NCBI RefSeq assembly: GCF_963921235.1
Contig: NC_086097.1
Location: 11,036,001-11,100,000, forward strand
DNA: 64,000 nt
DNA from: Mobula hypostoma
Lineage: Eukaryota
Direction of reading: 5' to 3'
In this document: piece after piece, positions 23,822-36,559 of the stretch
Numbering within the stretch: the first letter of the stretch is position 1
How the letters are laid out: each line of letters opens with the position of its first letter
The notes under the pieces: generated by a model
What the model saw: only the letters and a program-made list of their open reading frames with translations
The model's database searches: none
What the model was told of the DNA's origin: nothing
Translations under genes and position numbers: made by a program

Positions 23822-24574
23822 AATCTCTGGATTGCTGCCTGTGACATGTGCCAGTGAGGGTATGAATAGATGATCTGGCAGATGAATGAGTGGCTCAGGA
23901 ATTGGTACAGGGAGCAGCATTTCAGATTTTTGGATCATTGGAATCTCTTCTGAGGAAGGTATGAGCTGTACAAAAAGATTGAGTTACACCTGAACCCAAG
24001 GGAGACCAATATCTTCACTGACAGGTTTGCTAGAGGAGGAGGAGGAGGATTAAAGGGCTGAGGATGGGGCAGTTGGTGTACAGCTAGATACAGTATGTAG
24101 TAAGGCTGTGAGAAAAGACAGGCAAATGATAGGGCAAAATTACAGACAGAGGGATGTAACAGTGTCATAAGGGGGCACTGGTGGCGGACCCAAATCCAAG
24201 ACACAGTCACTGAAGTACTAGGAACAGGACTTGGCTAGAGAGCTGAGACAAGAACACAGACTTGGGCTAAGACATTGGCTAGGCAAGAGGGACTTGGACA
24301 AGGAACTGGGAACTAAGGGCCTGGGCTTGGATTCCGAGCTGGAGACTGGACATGGACCCAGAACCTGGGTCTTGACTTGGGCTCGGACCCCGGAACAAGG
24401 CGAGGACATGACGTGGCTACAGGACTGGACATGGGTTGGGTTCTTTGTGGCGAGGACATGATGAGGCTTGGGTTCTTCAAGGCAAGGACATGACGAGGGA
24501 ACTCCAGCACAGGATGAGCCTTGGACTGGGGACGACAGGAACCTCGGAACCTTGGACTTGAAACGACAGGAACG

Positions 24575-24746
24575 CAGAACACAGAGCCTTGGTCTTGGGG
24601 AGGACAGGAACACAGAGCCTTGGTCTAGAGCACGGGAACACAAATCCTTGGACTAGAGTATGGGAACACAGAGCCTTGGTCTAGAGCACAGGAACACAGA
24701 GCCTTGGCCTAGAGCACGGGAACACAGAGCTTTGGACTTGAGAGAC
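24575..24746. repeat. 28-bp minisatellite GGAACACAGAGCCTTGGTCTAGAGCAC(A/G)
   Basis: Units start at 24607, 24635, 24663, 24691 and 24719, plus a degenerate unit at ~24577. Confidence 0.9.
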
Positions 24747-24841
24747 AGGAATACAGGGACATGGAACACAGAGCCAGGACCCCTCCTTGGGAACAGGCTT
24801 AGGGCCAGGGCTCTACACAGAACGCTGAACACGACGCGATA

Positions 24842-25041
24842 GTTCCCAACACTAGGTAGTGGCAAATGGCTGGACCTACCTCGCGCAGGTATGGACACAG
24901 AGGCAGTTCCCAACACTAGCTAGTGGAAAATGGCCGGACCTACCTAGCGAAGGCGTGGACACAGAGATGGTTCCCAACACTAGGTAGCGGCAAACGGCCG
25001 GACTTACCTAGCAAAGGCATGGACACAGAGACGGTTCCAAC
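24842..25041. repeat. 64-bp tandem repeat x3 with internal hairpin
   Basis: GTTCCCAACACTAG at 24842, 24906 and 24970, partial at 25034. Confidence 0.9.
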
Positions 25042-25419
25042 TCAACGATAGACAGTTCCTTATCTTGACGGGGCAAGGCTGCAGTCTCAGTCTGGTGGTA
25101 GAACTTGACCAGGTTGTGGGGCAAGGCTCCCCAACACAGGTTGTGGTGATGAATACAGGACTGAAAGTGGTATATTTGAATGCATACAGTATACAGAATA
25201 AGGTAGATGATCTTGTGGCACAGTTAGAGATTGGCAGATATCACGTTGTAGTCATCACTGAGTTGAGGCTAAAAGAAGATCATAGTAGGGAGATTAACAT
25301 CCAAGGATACACAATTTATTGAAAGGACGGGCAGGTAGGCAGAACAGGTGCCATAGTTCTGTTTATAAAAAAAAGAAATCAAATCCTTAGAAAGAGGTGA
25401 CATAAGATCAGAAGCAAGA

Positions 25420-26745
25420 TTAGTGTATTATTTTTGTTTTGTACAATTTTAGAGTGGAAAAAAAAAGGAAAGGAGCACCATGCAAAGGTTTGGGCACCCC
25501 AAGAGATTTGAGCTCTCAGATAACTTTTACCAAGATCTCAGACCTTAAATAGTTTGTTAGGGTTATGGCTTGTTCACAGTCATCTTTGGGAAAGGCGAGG
25601 TGACGCAAATTTCAAAGCTTTATAAATACCCTGACTTCTCAAACCTTGTCCCAACAATCAGCAGCCATGGGCTCCTCTAAGCAGCTGCCTAGCACTCTGA
25701 AAATTAAAATAAATGATGCCCACAAAGCAGGAGAAGGCTATAAGAAGATAGCAAAGCATTTTCAGGTAGCCGTTTCTTCAGTTCGTAATGTAATTAAGAA
25801 GTGGCAGTTAACAGGAACGGTGGAGGTCAAGTTGAGGTCTGGAAGACCAAGAAAACTTTCCAAGAGAACTGCTCGTAGGATTGCTAGAAAGGCAAATCAA
25901 AACCCCTGTTTGACTGCAAAAGACCTTCAGGAAGATTTAGCAGACTTTGGAGTGGTGGTGCACTGTTCTACTGTGCAGCGACACCTGCACAAATATGACC
26001 TTCATGGAAGAGTCATCAGAAGAAAACCTGATGACCTCACCACAAAATTCAGGATCAGAAGTTTGCAAAGGAACATCTAAACAAGCCTGATGCATTTTGG
26101 AAACAAGTCATGTGGACTGATGAAGTTAAAATAGAACTTTTTGGCCGCAATGAGCAAAGGTATGTTTGGAGAAAAAAGCTTGCAGAATTTCATGAAAAGA
26201 ACACCTCTCCAACTGTTAAGCACCGGAGTGGATCGATCATGCTTTGGGCTTGTGTTGCAGCCAGTGGCATGGGGAACATTTCACTGGTAGAGTGAGGAAT
26301 GAATTCAATTAAATACCAGCAAATGCTGGAAGCAAACATCACATCGTCTGTAAAAAAGCCGAAGATGAAAAGAGGATCGCTTCTACAACAGGATAATGAT
26401 CCTAAACACACCACAAAATCCACAATGGACTACCTCAAGAGGCGCAAGCTGAAGGTTTTGCTGTGGCCCTCACAGTCTCCTGACCTAAACGTCATCGAGA
26501 GTCTGTGGATAGACCTCAAAAGAGCAGTGCATGCAAGAGGGCCCAAGAATCTCACAGAACTAGAAGCCTTTTGCAAGGAAGAATGGGAGAAAATCCCCCA
26601 AACAAGAATTGAAAGACTCTTATCTGACTACGGAAATCATTTACAAGCTGTGATACTTCGGGCTCTTTTCCTTTTTTGTTATTTTGAAATTATGAAAGAT
26701 GGAAATAAAAAAGTTTACTTGCTTAAAATATTAAAGAAATGTGTC
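25420..26745 (+). mobile_element. Tc1 (DD34E) transposon, transposase pseudogene
   Basis: TATAAATA 25621; ATG 25667 [36 protein letters not shown] with 34 residues between the second D and E; frameshift ~26030, stop 26293. Confidence 0.95.
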
Positions 26746-26819
26746 AAAATTTCTGTTACTGTGAATAGCTAAACGAGTAAAAGATGAACTAATTTCCAAA
26801 AGCCATAAAGTTAAAGCTG

Positions 26820-27232
26820 ACATATTTCTTTAATATTTTAAGCAATATTACTTTTTTTATTTCCATCTTTTACAATTTCAAAATAACAAAACGGAAAAGA
26901 GCCTGAAGCAAAAGTTTGGGCACCCTGCATGGTCAGTACTTAGTAACATCCCCTTTGGCAAGTATCACAGATTGTAAACGCTTTTTGTAGCCAGCTAAGA
27001 GTCCTTCAATTCTTGTTTGGAGGATATTCGCCCATTCTTCCTTGCAAAAAGCTTCTGGTTCTGTGAGATTCTTCGGTCGTCTTGCATGCACTGCTCTTTT
27101 GAGGTCTATCCACAGATTCTCGATAATGTTTAGGTTGGGGACTGTGACGGCCATGGCAAAACCTTCAGCTTGCGCCTCTTGAGGTAGTCCATTGTGGATT
27201 TTGAAGTGTGTTTAGGATCATTATCCTGTTGC
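26820..27232 (-). mobile_element. Inverted partial second copy of the same Tc1 (catalytic C-terminus + 3' end)
   Basis: Minus ORFs [32 protein letters not shown] and [24 protein letters not shown]. Confidence 0.92.
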
Positions 27233-27741
27233 AATTGAAATAATGGAAACATATGGCAAATAAAGGCACTTAGGAATGAGGTACATCTCCTGAGAAATCT
27301 GGAATGTGTAGGAGAAAACTTCAGAAGATCCATGAAATATCCTTAGCAAGTAAAATTAAGGAGAATGACAAGACATCTTATAAGCATATTTGGAACTAGA
27401 GGGTAGCCATGGAAACAGTGGTCCCCCTTAAGGATGAATGGGGTAATCTATGTGTGGAGACAGACGATGTGGGCAAGGACCAAAATTAATACTTATCAAC
27501 GATAATTACCAAGGAAGACAAGGCATATATTAAGCTCAAGGAGCATGTGGATAATCAAGAGTGAGACATTATTAAGAAGGAGGAAGTGTTAGAAGTCATG
27601 GGATACATAATGGTTATGAAATACAGATGCTGGAATGGCTTTTTATATGAAATTAGCCCCCAGTATTGAGACCAGGTGGTTGTAATATGTATGTATAAAA
27701 GGAAGACAGGATGTTTGTTCCTCCATCTTAAATTGATTATA

Positions 27742-28000
27742 AGGCCATAAAATATTGGAGCAGACAGGCCATTTGGCCCCTTGAGTCTTTTCCACCATTT
27801 TATCATGGCTGATCCATTTCCCTCTCAGTCTCAGTCTTCTGCCTTCCCCCATTCCCCCCCCCCACATCCCTTCATGCCCTGACTAATCAAGAATCTATCA
27901 ACCTTTGCCTTAGATATACCCAATGACCTGGCTTCCATAGCTGCCTGTGGCAATGAATTCCACAGATTCACCACTTTCTGGTTAAAGAAATTCCTCCTCA
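27742..28000 (-). mobile_element. CR1 3' end
   Basis: RRNFFNQKVVNLWNSLP on minus strand. Confidence 0.85.
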
Positions 28001-28998
28001 ATATGGATGAGATATTGAATTTATTAAGTGAATCAGAATCAGGTTTAATATCACTGGCATATGTCGTGGAATTCATTGTTTTGCAGCAGCTGTACATTGC
28101 AATAAATAATGATGATAAAATTATAATTACAAGCCTCTGCACCTCCCAGAGGAACAACTAGTTATTATCACAGCAGTAGATGCCCAGCAACAGGCAGCAA
28201 ATATGAAGAACTGGACATCACTAGGGCCTGACGTGACCACTCCTATTGGCTGGAGAAACTAACAGCATTACATACACGGCATGGCAGCTCAAATGAACCA
28301 ATTGCTTGAAGCAAGCTTCCATCTTGATTGAGTAACTCAAGGAAGGATAGTACTCATAATGAAGCATCCTCACAAAGGAGAAATACTATCAAACTAACAG
28401 CCCATCACCTGCCTGTCAACAACACGGAAGCTCCTGTCAGGCATCATAGCCACCAAGCTGAAGGAACATATGTGTAACTTCCTGAATCTTGCTCAGAGGG
28501 GAATTGATATTGGAACCAAAGGCTCCAAGTACCAAGTACTGGTAGACAAAGCAGTGAAGTGAGACTCCAAGACCCGGCAAACCAACTTAAGCACTGCCTG
28601 GATCAACTACCAGAAAGCATAAGACCCAATGCCCCACACATGGTTCTTGGAATACTTTTCTCTGTACAAGGTTAACAAGATACTGAGGACTTTCATCAAG
28701 AACTCAATGGGCCATTGGAGGACAATGCTAGAAGTTTATTCAAAGCCAATAGTGCCCATCAGATGTGGAATATACCAGGGTGATCCACGATCCCCACTGC
28801 CATTCTGCATAGACTTGAACCACCTCAGCCAGATCATCTCAAAGAGTGAATATAAGTACAGGTTCAAGAATGGAGTGACCATCAGCCATCTCCTGTACAT
28901 GGATGACATCAAGCTGTATGCCAGAATTGAAAGAGACATTGACTCACTAATCCACCTGTCAAGGGTGTACAGCAAAGACAATGGGATGTCATTTTTTT

Positions 28999-29618
28999 TT
29001 AGATTATGAAGACATGCAGTCCTCTCTTATTGTCATTTAGTAATGCATGCATTAAGAAATGATATAATATTTCCTCCGGTGTGATATCACAAAACACAGG
29101 ACAGACCAAGACTGAAAAAACTAACAAAACCACATAATTATAACATATAGTTACAACAGTGCAACAAGACCATAACTTGATGAAGAAGTCCATGAGCACA
29201 GTAAAAAGTTCAAAGTCTCTCAAATGTCCCACATCTCACGCAAACGGGAGAAGGAAGAAAAACTCTCCCTGCCATGCCCGACCACAATCCGAATCTGAGT
29301 CATCCGAAAACTTCGAGCCCCCGATCAGCTCTCCGACACTGAGTACTAAGCGCCATCTCTGCCGAACAACTCGACCTCAATCTTGGTTGCCAACAGCAGG
29401 CAAAGCCAGGGATTTTGAGGCCTTCCCTCCAGAAGATTCCCGACTGCACAGTAACAACAGCAGCGAACTGGCGTTTCAGAAATTTCTCCAGATGTTCCTC
29501 TGTGCTTTCACGTCTGTCTCCATCAAATCAGAATTGTCCACGGCCCCTATTTAACGGATACGTTATCATTTTTCACCAGAGGGCTGCGCACGCATGGCGT
29601 GCTGCTCTCTCTCCTCCC
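28999..29618 (-). mobile_element. Family S1 SINE-like element, full length
   Basis: Same GGGAGGAGA 5' end and AATGACAATAA..TAATCTA tail as 10043-10728. Confidence 0.85.
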
Positions 29619-29654
29619 GGAGATATTGACTGGAGGATTTTGACTGGAAAAGTA

Positions 29655-30748
29655 AATAGATAGATACTTTATTTATCCCAAAGGAAATTGCAGTGTCACA
29701 GTAGCATTGCACATGCACAGAAAAACAATATTAGAAAAGAAGTAAGAAAGAATATAAAGTAAGTTACTTTAAAAATATGATGTACAATTCAAATATTATA
29801 ATGTTTACAAGAATTCCAAGTTGACACTGAACAGATTGTAGTGCCAGAATTACCTTCATATTATATAGTAATGGGTGCACATTCATACCATCCAGTGAAG
29901 AAGTGATGGTAGTATTGCACAGGGTGTCTGCAATAACAGGGTGTGGTAAACAGAGCTGAACAGAGCTTAAATAAAGCTCTGGTAAACAGAGATTAGTAAC
30001 AGTCTAACAGGAGGGGGTCGTCACTACCCCGGCTACAGGATAACTCATTATAGAGCCTAATGGCTGAGGTTAAGAATGACTTTATATGGCACTCTTTGGA
30101 GCAGCACTGTTGTCTTAGTCTATTACTGGAAGTACTCCTCTGTTCAGCCAAGGTGGCATGCAGAGGGTGTGAAACATTGTCTAGAATTTCGAGGATTTTC
30201 CGGAGGGTCCAGCTTGATTTTTATAAGAGAGCCAGCCTTTCTAATCGGTTTATTGAATCTGTTGGCATCACCTATGTTGATGCCATTGCCCCAACACACC
30301 ACTGCATAGATGATTGTACTGACGACAACAGACTGGAAGAACATGCGAAGGAGAGACCTGCCTATTCCAAAAAACCTCAGTCTCCTCGAGAAGTAGAGGT
30401 GACTCTGGCTCTTGTACACAACTTCTGTGTTGGTGCTCCACTCAAGTCTGTCATCCAGATGCACCTCCAGGTTACTTGTAGGTCCTCACCAAGTCCATGT
30501 CCTCACCATCAATAGCAACATGGAGCAGTGCAGGCTTACTCTTTCTAAAGGCCATCACCATCTCCTTTGTCTTACTGATGTGGAGCTGCAGATGATTCAG
30601 TTTGTACCATTCAACAAAGTACTGTATTCTTCCTCCTGTCCTCCCTTGATAAACCCAACTATTGCTGAGTCATCAGAGAATTTCTGCCAATGACATGAGT
30701 CAGTGTCATATTTAAAATCTGAGGTATACACAGTAAACAGGAAGGGAG
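29655..30748 (-). mobile_element. Rex1/Babar LINE 3' portion
   Basis: KFSDDSAIVG; HLDDRLEWSTNT..RRLRFFG..YAVVCWG; tail AATTTCCTTTGGGATAAATAAAGTATCTATCTAT. Confidence 0.82.
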
Positions 30749-32054
30749 CCTGCTTAAGTACAGCCAAATGGTGGTGAAAAGAGGCAAACTTATCAAGACT
30801 GAGAGAGTCAAATTACCTGAAGGCCACATACCATAACCACAAAAACCTGGGGATCCTGTGGGCACATGGAAGCCACTATAAGGAAGGAAGGCTGTAACAT
30901 CCGGGTACCTCCAAGGAGAGAGACAGGTCCTAAAAAGTCAGCTGAGTGGGAAGAACGGGAAGAACAAGATCAGAGCCATCAATACGTTCACCCCACCAGT
31001 CATCAGATACCCAGCTGCAATAATGTGCTGGCCAAGGAATGAACTGAAAACTGCTGACATTAAGACCCGGAAACTACTAACAATACATAGAGGATTCCAT
31101 CCAAAGTCCAATGTCGAGCGACCGTACACCCGCTGGAATTAAGGAAGATGGGGTCTTGGAAATGTCAAAGCCGCCGTCCTGGAGGAAATGCAAAACATCC
31201 ATGAGTTTGTCAGGAAGGTGGCCCCTAAGGAGGACCTGCTAGGAGAATATCTCAGGCAGCAGGCAGGGGATATGGAAATGGAAGTGGGTGAAGCAGAGCC
31301 AGAGAACCAGACGCCATGGCAGGACAAGCCACTGCACGGGATGTACCATCACCAGATAGCAGAGGTGGCTGACATAAGGAAGTCCTACCAGTGGCTGGAA
31401 ATAGCAGGGCTGAGGGACAGCACTGAGGTGCTGCTCATGGCTGCACAAGAACAAACACTGAGCACAAGAGCATTAGGGGCAGGGCTCTATTACACCAGAC
31501 AAGATCCAAGATGCAGACTGTGCAAGGAATCTGATGAAATCCTTTAGCATGTAGTAGCAGGGTGCAAGGTGCAGGCAGGGACAGCATACACTGAATGGCA
31601 CAACTAAGTTGCAGGCACATCTGCACTGAGTATGAATTGGACACACTGAAGTCCAAATGGGAAACACCGCAGAAAGTAGTGGAGAATGACAGAGCTAAGA
31701 TCCTCAGGACTCCCAAATACAGACTGATAGGCAGGTACTGGCCAACCAACCAGACATAGTAATACTGGACAAGGAACAGAAGAAAGCGATAGTAAGAGAT
31801 GTGGCAATTCTGAATGTCAGTAACATCAGGAAAAAAAATATGAGAAGCCAGATAAATACCGGGGCTTGAAGAGAAGATAGAAGGGATCTAGAAGGTTGAG
31901 TAATCCTGGTGGTAATAGGAGCACTTGGAGCTGTGACAACTGGTGGCTCCAATAAATCCTGGAGAACAACATCTGAAATCTCGTCAAGAACAAGAAGAAC
32001 ACACTACTAGGGCTAGCAAGGACACTGCGCTGAATCGTCAAGCTCCCAGGACCC

Positions 32055-33445
32055 ATGAGTAGTTTAGTAAGTTTGCTGATGACGCAGAAGTTGGGCATGT
32101 TGTGGATAATCTGGAGGGCTGTCGGAGATTATAGCGGGACATTGATAGGTTGTGGAACTGGGCTAAGAAGTGGCAGGTGGAGTTCAATCCAGATGTGTAA
32201 AGTGGTTCATTTCAGTAGGTCAAATTAGAAGACAATTTGATATAAATGGTAAGACTCTTGGCAGTGTGGATGATCAGCAAGATCTTGGGGTCCATGTCCA
32301 TAGGGCACTAAAAGCTGCTGCATAGGTTGACAGTGTTATTAAGAAGGTGCATGGTGTGATTGCCTTTATCAACAGTGGGACTGAGTTCAAGAGCCATGAA
32401 GTAATGTTAAAGCTATAGATTATGAAGACACGCAGTCCTCTTTTATTGTCATTTAGTAATGCATGCATTAAGAAATGATACAATATTTCCTCCGGTGTGA
32501 TATCACAAAACACAGGACAGACCAAGACTGAAAAACTAACAAAACCACTTAATTATAACATATAGTTACAACAGTTCAACAATACCATAACTTGATGAAG
32601 AACAGTCCATGAGCCCAGTAAAAAGTTCAAAGTGTCTCAAATGTCCCACATCTCACGCAGATGGGAGAAGGAAGAAAAACTCTCCCTGCCATGCCCGACC
32701 ACAGTCCAACTCTGAGTCGTCCGAAAACTTTGAGCCTCTGATCAGCTCTGTGACAACGAGTACTGAACACCATCTCTATCCGAGCGATTCAACCTCAATC
32801 TCGGTTGCCAACAGCAGGCAAAGCCAAGGATTTTGAGGCCTTCCCTCCGGAGATTCACGATCGCGCAGTAATGAAAGCAGCGAACGGGCGTTTCAGAAAT
32901 TTCTCCAGATGTTCCTCTGTGCTTTCACGTCTGTTTCCACCAAATCAGAATTGTCCATGGCCCCTATTTAACAGATTCTATATCATTTTTTACTGGAGAG
33001 CTGCGCACACACAGTGCGCTGCACTCTCTCCTCCCGTCGTCAGAATTTACATAAGATGAGAGGTGACCTGATAGAGGTGTATAAGATGATGAGAGGCATT
33101 GATTGTGTGGATAGCCAGAGGCTTTTTCCCAGGGTTGAAATAGCTAACATGAAGGGCTATAGTTTAAAGGTGCTTAGAAGTAGGTACAAGGGAGATGTCA
33201 GAGCTAAGTTTTTCACACAGAGAGCGGTGGTGGGTGCATGGAATGTACTGCCAGTGATAGTGGTAGAGGTGGATACAATAGGGTCTTTTAAGAAACTCTT
33301 AGATAGGTACATGGAGCTTAGAAAATTAGAGAACTATGCTGTAGGGAAATTCTAGATGATTTCTAGAGTAGGTTACATGGTCAGCACAACATCGTGGGCT
33401 GAAGGGCCTGTAATGTGCTGTAGATTTCCATGTTCTATGTTCTAT
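32055..33445 (+). mobile_element. CR1 RT/3' fragment interrupted by an S1 SINE
   Basis: SKFADD at ~32067; MRGDLIEVYK..WNVLP ORF 33014-33355; TTCTATG tail. Confidence 0.85.
32416..33035 (-). mobile_element. Family S1 SINE-like element, full length
   Basis: Very similar to 28999-29618 throughout. Confidence 0.87.
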
Positions 33446-33665
33446 TATATTAAGCCTATTACCCCTACTGGGGCATACCAGAGTCCTCTGCCCTGAGTCA
33501 GTCTTTCAATTTATCCCCAGGTGTAGACCATCCATCTCCCAGGTATGAGGTCTTTGGAACATCTGTGTGTGATCCTGTAGATCTGGGTTTTTACAGGATG
33601 GGGTTGCTAGTCCCATGTGCAACCCTTCTCTTGCAGCCGAGCTTGAGAGCATCCACAGCAGAATT
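33445..33665 (-). mobile_element. RTE-derived short non-autonomous element (tentative)
   Basis: GGGTTTTTACAGGATGGGGTTGCTAG motif and TAA-type tail. Confidence 0.4.
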
Positions 33666-33696
33666 TAAAAAATACATTTCTAAGATGCCACTAAAT

Positions 33697-34353
33697 CAGG
33701 CCTCTTTAACCTGGGGTTTACAGACCCCTCGGGAATTCACGGATAGATTCCAGGGGTTCTGTGAACTTGGGTGGAAAAAAAATTAACATCTTTATTTTCA
33801 CTGACCTCTAACTGAAATTTTGCTATTCTTTCAGTTATGAATGTAGGCACAGTAGTATTAGCAGTAACTGTGACTTGATCACCAATAGGACTCACAGATA
33901 TTTTCATATCACATTACAGTTGTTACAAATATCTAAAAATGTCTTTTATGGCATGCTCATCACTATTTGAAGTTACGGTATTGATTCGACACACCACTAG
34001 ATTGATGTGATCGCTGTCTTCCCATCTGAAGACACTTGTGTGATGTAGCCGGCCAACTATTGGGTAGCTTTGCGCCTAGTAGTCGTTCAACCACCAAATG
34101 GGGAAGTCACATGTTCTCAAGTTTGTGACCCAGACATCTAAATTGATCTCCAATATTCCCTGTCTACAATTGCTTATAATTCAATGTGTAGAAGGAGGTG
34201 AGTCATTTTTATTGTTTGTTAAAGTTTTGCAACATATAATATACAATTGGCTTAATTTGTATCTTATATATTTAAATGCATAATTCTGAGGAGTCATAGG
34301 CTTCCCTGGACTGCCAAAGGGACCCATGGTACAAAAAAGGTTAAGAACCCCTG
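33697..34353. mobile_element. hAT-Charlie non-autonomous DNA transposon
   Basis: TIRs CAGG(CC)TCTTTAACC / GGTTAAGAACCCCTG; 8-bp TSD CACTAAAT (33689-33696) / TGCTAAAT (34354-34361). Confidence 0.82.
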
Positions 34354-36559
34354 TGCTAAATGATTCCATTCAGCAGCTCATACTATTTTCAAATAGAAAA
34401 CTCCTTCATCTCTACCCTGGCAATGATGTTAATGTTGGGGGAAATGGGAGCTGAAGAAGGTGTAGGAAGGCAGGCAAAGTAAAGCATAAGATAATAGAGC
34501 TATTTTAAAAAAAAGATCAAGCAGCATTGAGACTTAATTGTAAGCAATAGTTTCAAAACAAAACCCTTGAAACTGAGCTTTGATAAACGATTATGTTGAG
34601 CCATTAACCTGTCATTCCCTCCTTTATGGTATCATTAACCTGCTGTGCATTCGAAGCAATTTTTGTTTCAAAACGTTAAAAAGGATGATGCTAGAAATTA
34701 TTGCTGGTGAGTGAGAGGACCAAGCCTTAATAGGTTTCCATGACATTTCTGTGTCTGCTATTATAACAGAGGATTCAAACACTTTTAAGATGATCAGGCT
34801 AATGGCACGATTGAAACAGCAGACAGGAATGTTAAACCAGTGTGTTAAATTACTTGCCTGATCTTATTTTCAACAGTAATCTCCAATTTCTTTTGATCTG
34901 TCTTTTTTTGTTACTCCGTCATTATAAAATTACAAATGGTCAGCCAGCAATTTGTCTTATTCTTCTTGGGCCATTCGTCACGATCGAGGATGACTTTCTT
35001 CCACTTCATTTCTGAAGGTTTTGAGGTGACTACTGAGATCATTGTGAGTGCTCAGATTCTACCACGGTGGGGAAGAAGGTATACTTCGTTCGAAGGTTAA
35101 GGAGATTTGGCATGTCACCAAATATTTAAACAGACTTCTGCAGATGTGCTATTGAATGTATCCTGATCTGTTGCAACAAGGCCTAGTAGGGTAAACTGTA
35201 CAGACGAGAATGCTAGAAGCTGCAGTGAGTAATAGCCACAATCTGGTCTATCAGGAGCACAACTCTATCTGCCATCTTCAGGAGCTGCTGCCTCAAGAAA
35301 GTGGCATCTATCGTCAAGGACCTGCACCATCCAGGTCACACCATCTTCTTTAAGGCAGAAGAACAAAAAAGCCTGAAGCTCCAAGTCGTCAGGTGCAGGA
35401 AGAGCTACTTTGCTACATCCATTCAGTTCATGAACTAACCTGTGCAACCAGAATCGTACCTCACCTAGGGCACAATATGGACTACCTCTCGCACTACCGT
35501 GTACCTATACAAATCGATGGGCTAACAGGCCCCTGTATATTGGCTCAGGCAATTATCTTGGTGGGAGGGAGAAGCTAATGAAACTATGGGGAAATTACAA
35601 ATAGGATTAACATAGGATTAGTGCAAGCGTATGGTTGATGGTCAGCTTGGATCTAGTGGGTCAATGCACCTGTTTCTGTGCTGTTTCTCTCTATAACTCT
35701 CTAATCCTGATTTCTGGCACGTGAATAATGCAGGTTGTTCTTCATCTGAACTGTACTGGACTCCAAAATCTTTGCCTACTTCCATCATCAATAAGTTATA
35801 AATACTCTATGCATTTATTTCCGGTTTAAGTTATTATACTTATTTACTTCCAGTTTAGGATGGCACTACCGAACATGTGCGACAGCTGACTGGTAGTTCA
35901 AAAGGCAAGGAATTTGACTAATAACATTTCTAACAATAACTTTCTTCTGAAGTAAATTTTAGCAAATTATCACCTCCAGCAATGAAGAGGGGAGCGAAGG
36001 TGAAGTGAATTCGAGGGATGAACCATGCTGGTACATTGTAAAATCGATGCAGATGGAGTGACCCATTTGAAGAGGAGAAGTCAAGGCAGAGGAGTTCCAA
36101 TGCCCTTACAACTGGCCCGGGTGCAAGATTGGATCGCTCTGGGGGCCAAACCAATTTGGAGAAATCAAGAATATCTTTGGGCTGGGGTTGGTGGGGGTGG
36201 GGGGGGGTGCGAAATCTGGTCTGTAGTGAGTCACTGGGTGGCGTGTTCTAGGCCTGAAGCCTTTTTCTGCAGCTGTGCCCGGGTCATAGTGTGAGGTATA
36301 AGTCACTGTTTGGACAAGTTAAATGATAAACTGGAAAGACAGGGTGTTGGAATCAAAGGTAAGAGCCGATTTCGCTTGTTCTCCCGCATTGGTGACTCAC
36401 CTCTCCATAGCGGGGAAGCTATGAAAATTACCCCTGGCTGCTGTGCTCCAGGCCCGCTAACGTGATGGACTGAATTTGAAGCTTGTGTCTACTCTGGGCT
36501 GCTCCAGGGTTCAGATCTAAGAATTCATTTTGGTTCGGAATGTTGATTAATCGCTTCTA

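Larger units (their letters stand above)
24155..25140 (-). mobile_element. LTR-like insertion with internal tandem repeats
   Basis: Starts TGTAAC/TGTCAT..GGACCCAAAT.CAAGACACAG, reminiscent of fish Gypsy LTR ends; interrupts the CR1 between ORF1 and ORF2. Confidence 0.5.
22555..27735 (+). mobile_element. Heavily interrupted, once-long CR1 LINE: ORF1 (Zn finger, coiled coil, SGNH esterase) and ORF2 remnants
   Basis: SVCEMWE..CTKCI..KELELQLDEL; VDSIIRG..LPGA..VVVHIGTNDI (22841-23253); ISGLLPV resumes at 23822; YLNAYSIQNKVDDL at 25150; decayed ORF2 at 27235-27735. Confidence 0.82.
28140..32052 (+). mobile_element. R4/Dong (Rex6-like) non-LTR retrotransposon with RT, CCHC and restriction-like endonuclease, decayed; interrupted at 28992-30750
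   Basis: NWTSLGPD, PITCLST, AWINYQKA, GIYQGD, HLLYMDDIKLY; KNKIRAINTF; WQDKPLHG; CRLCKESDEIL*HVVAGC; NQPDIVILDK..DVAI. Confidence 0.88.

Noticed and set aside
24575..25041. CRISPR-like array
   Set aside because: Units are contiguous tandem repeats with no unique spacers; no cas genes; eukaryotic context
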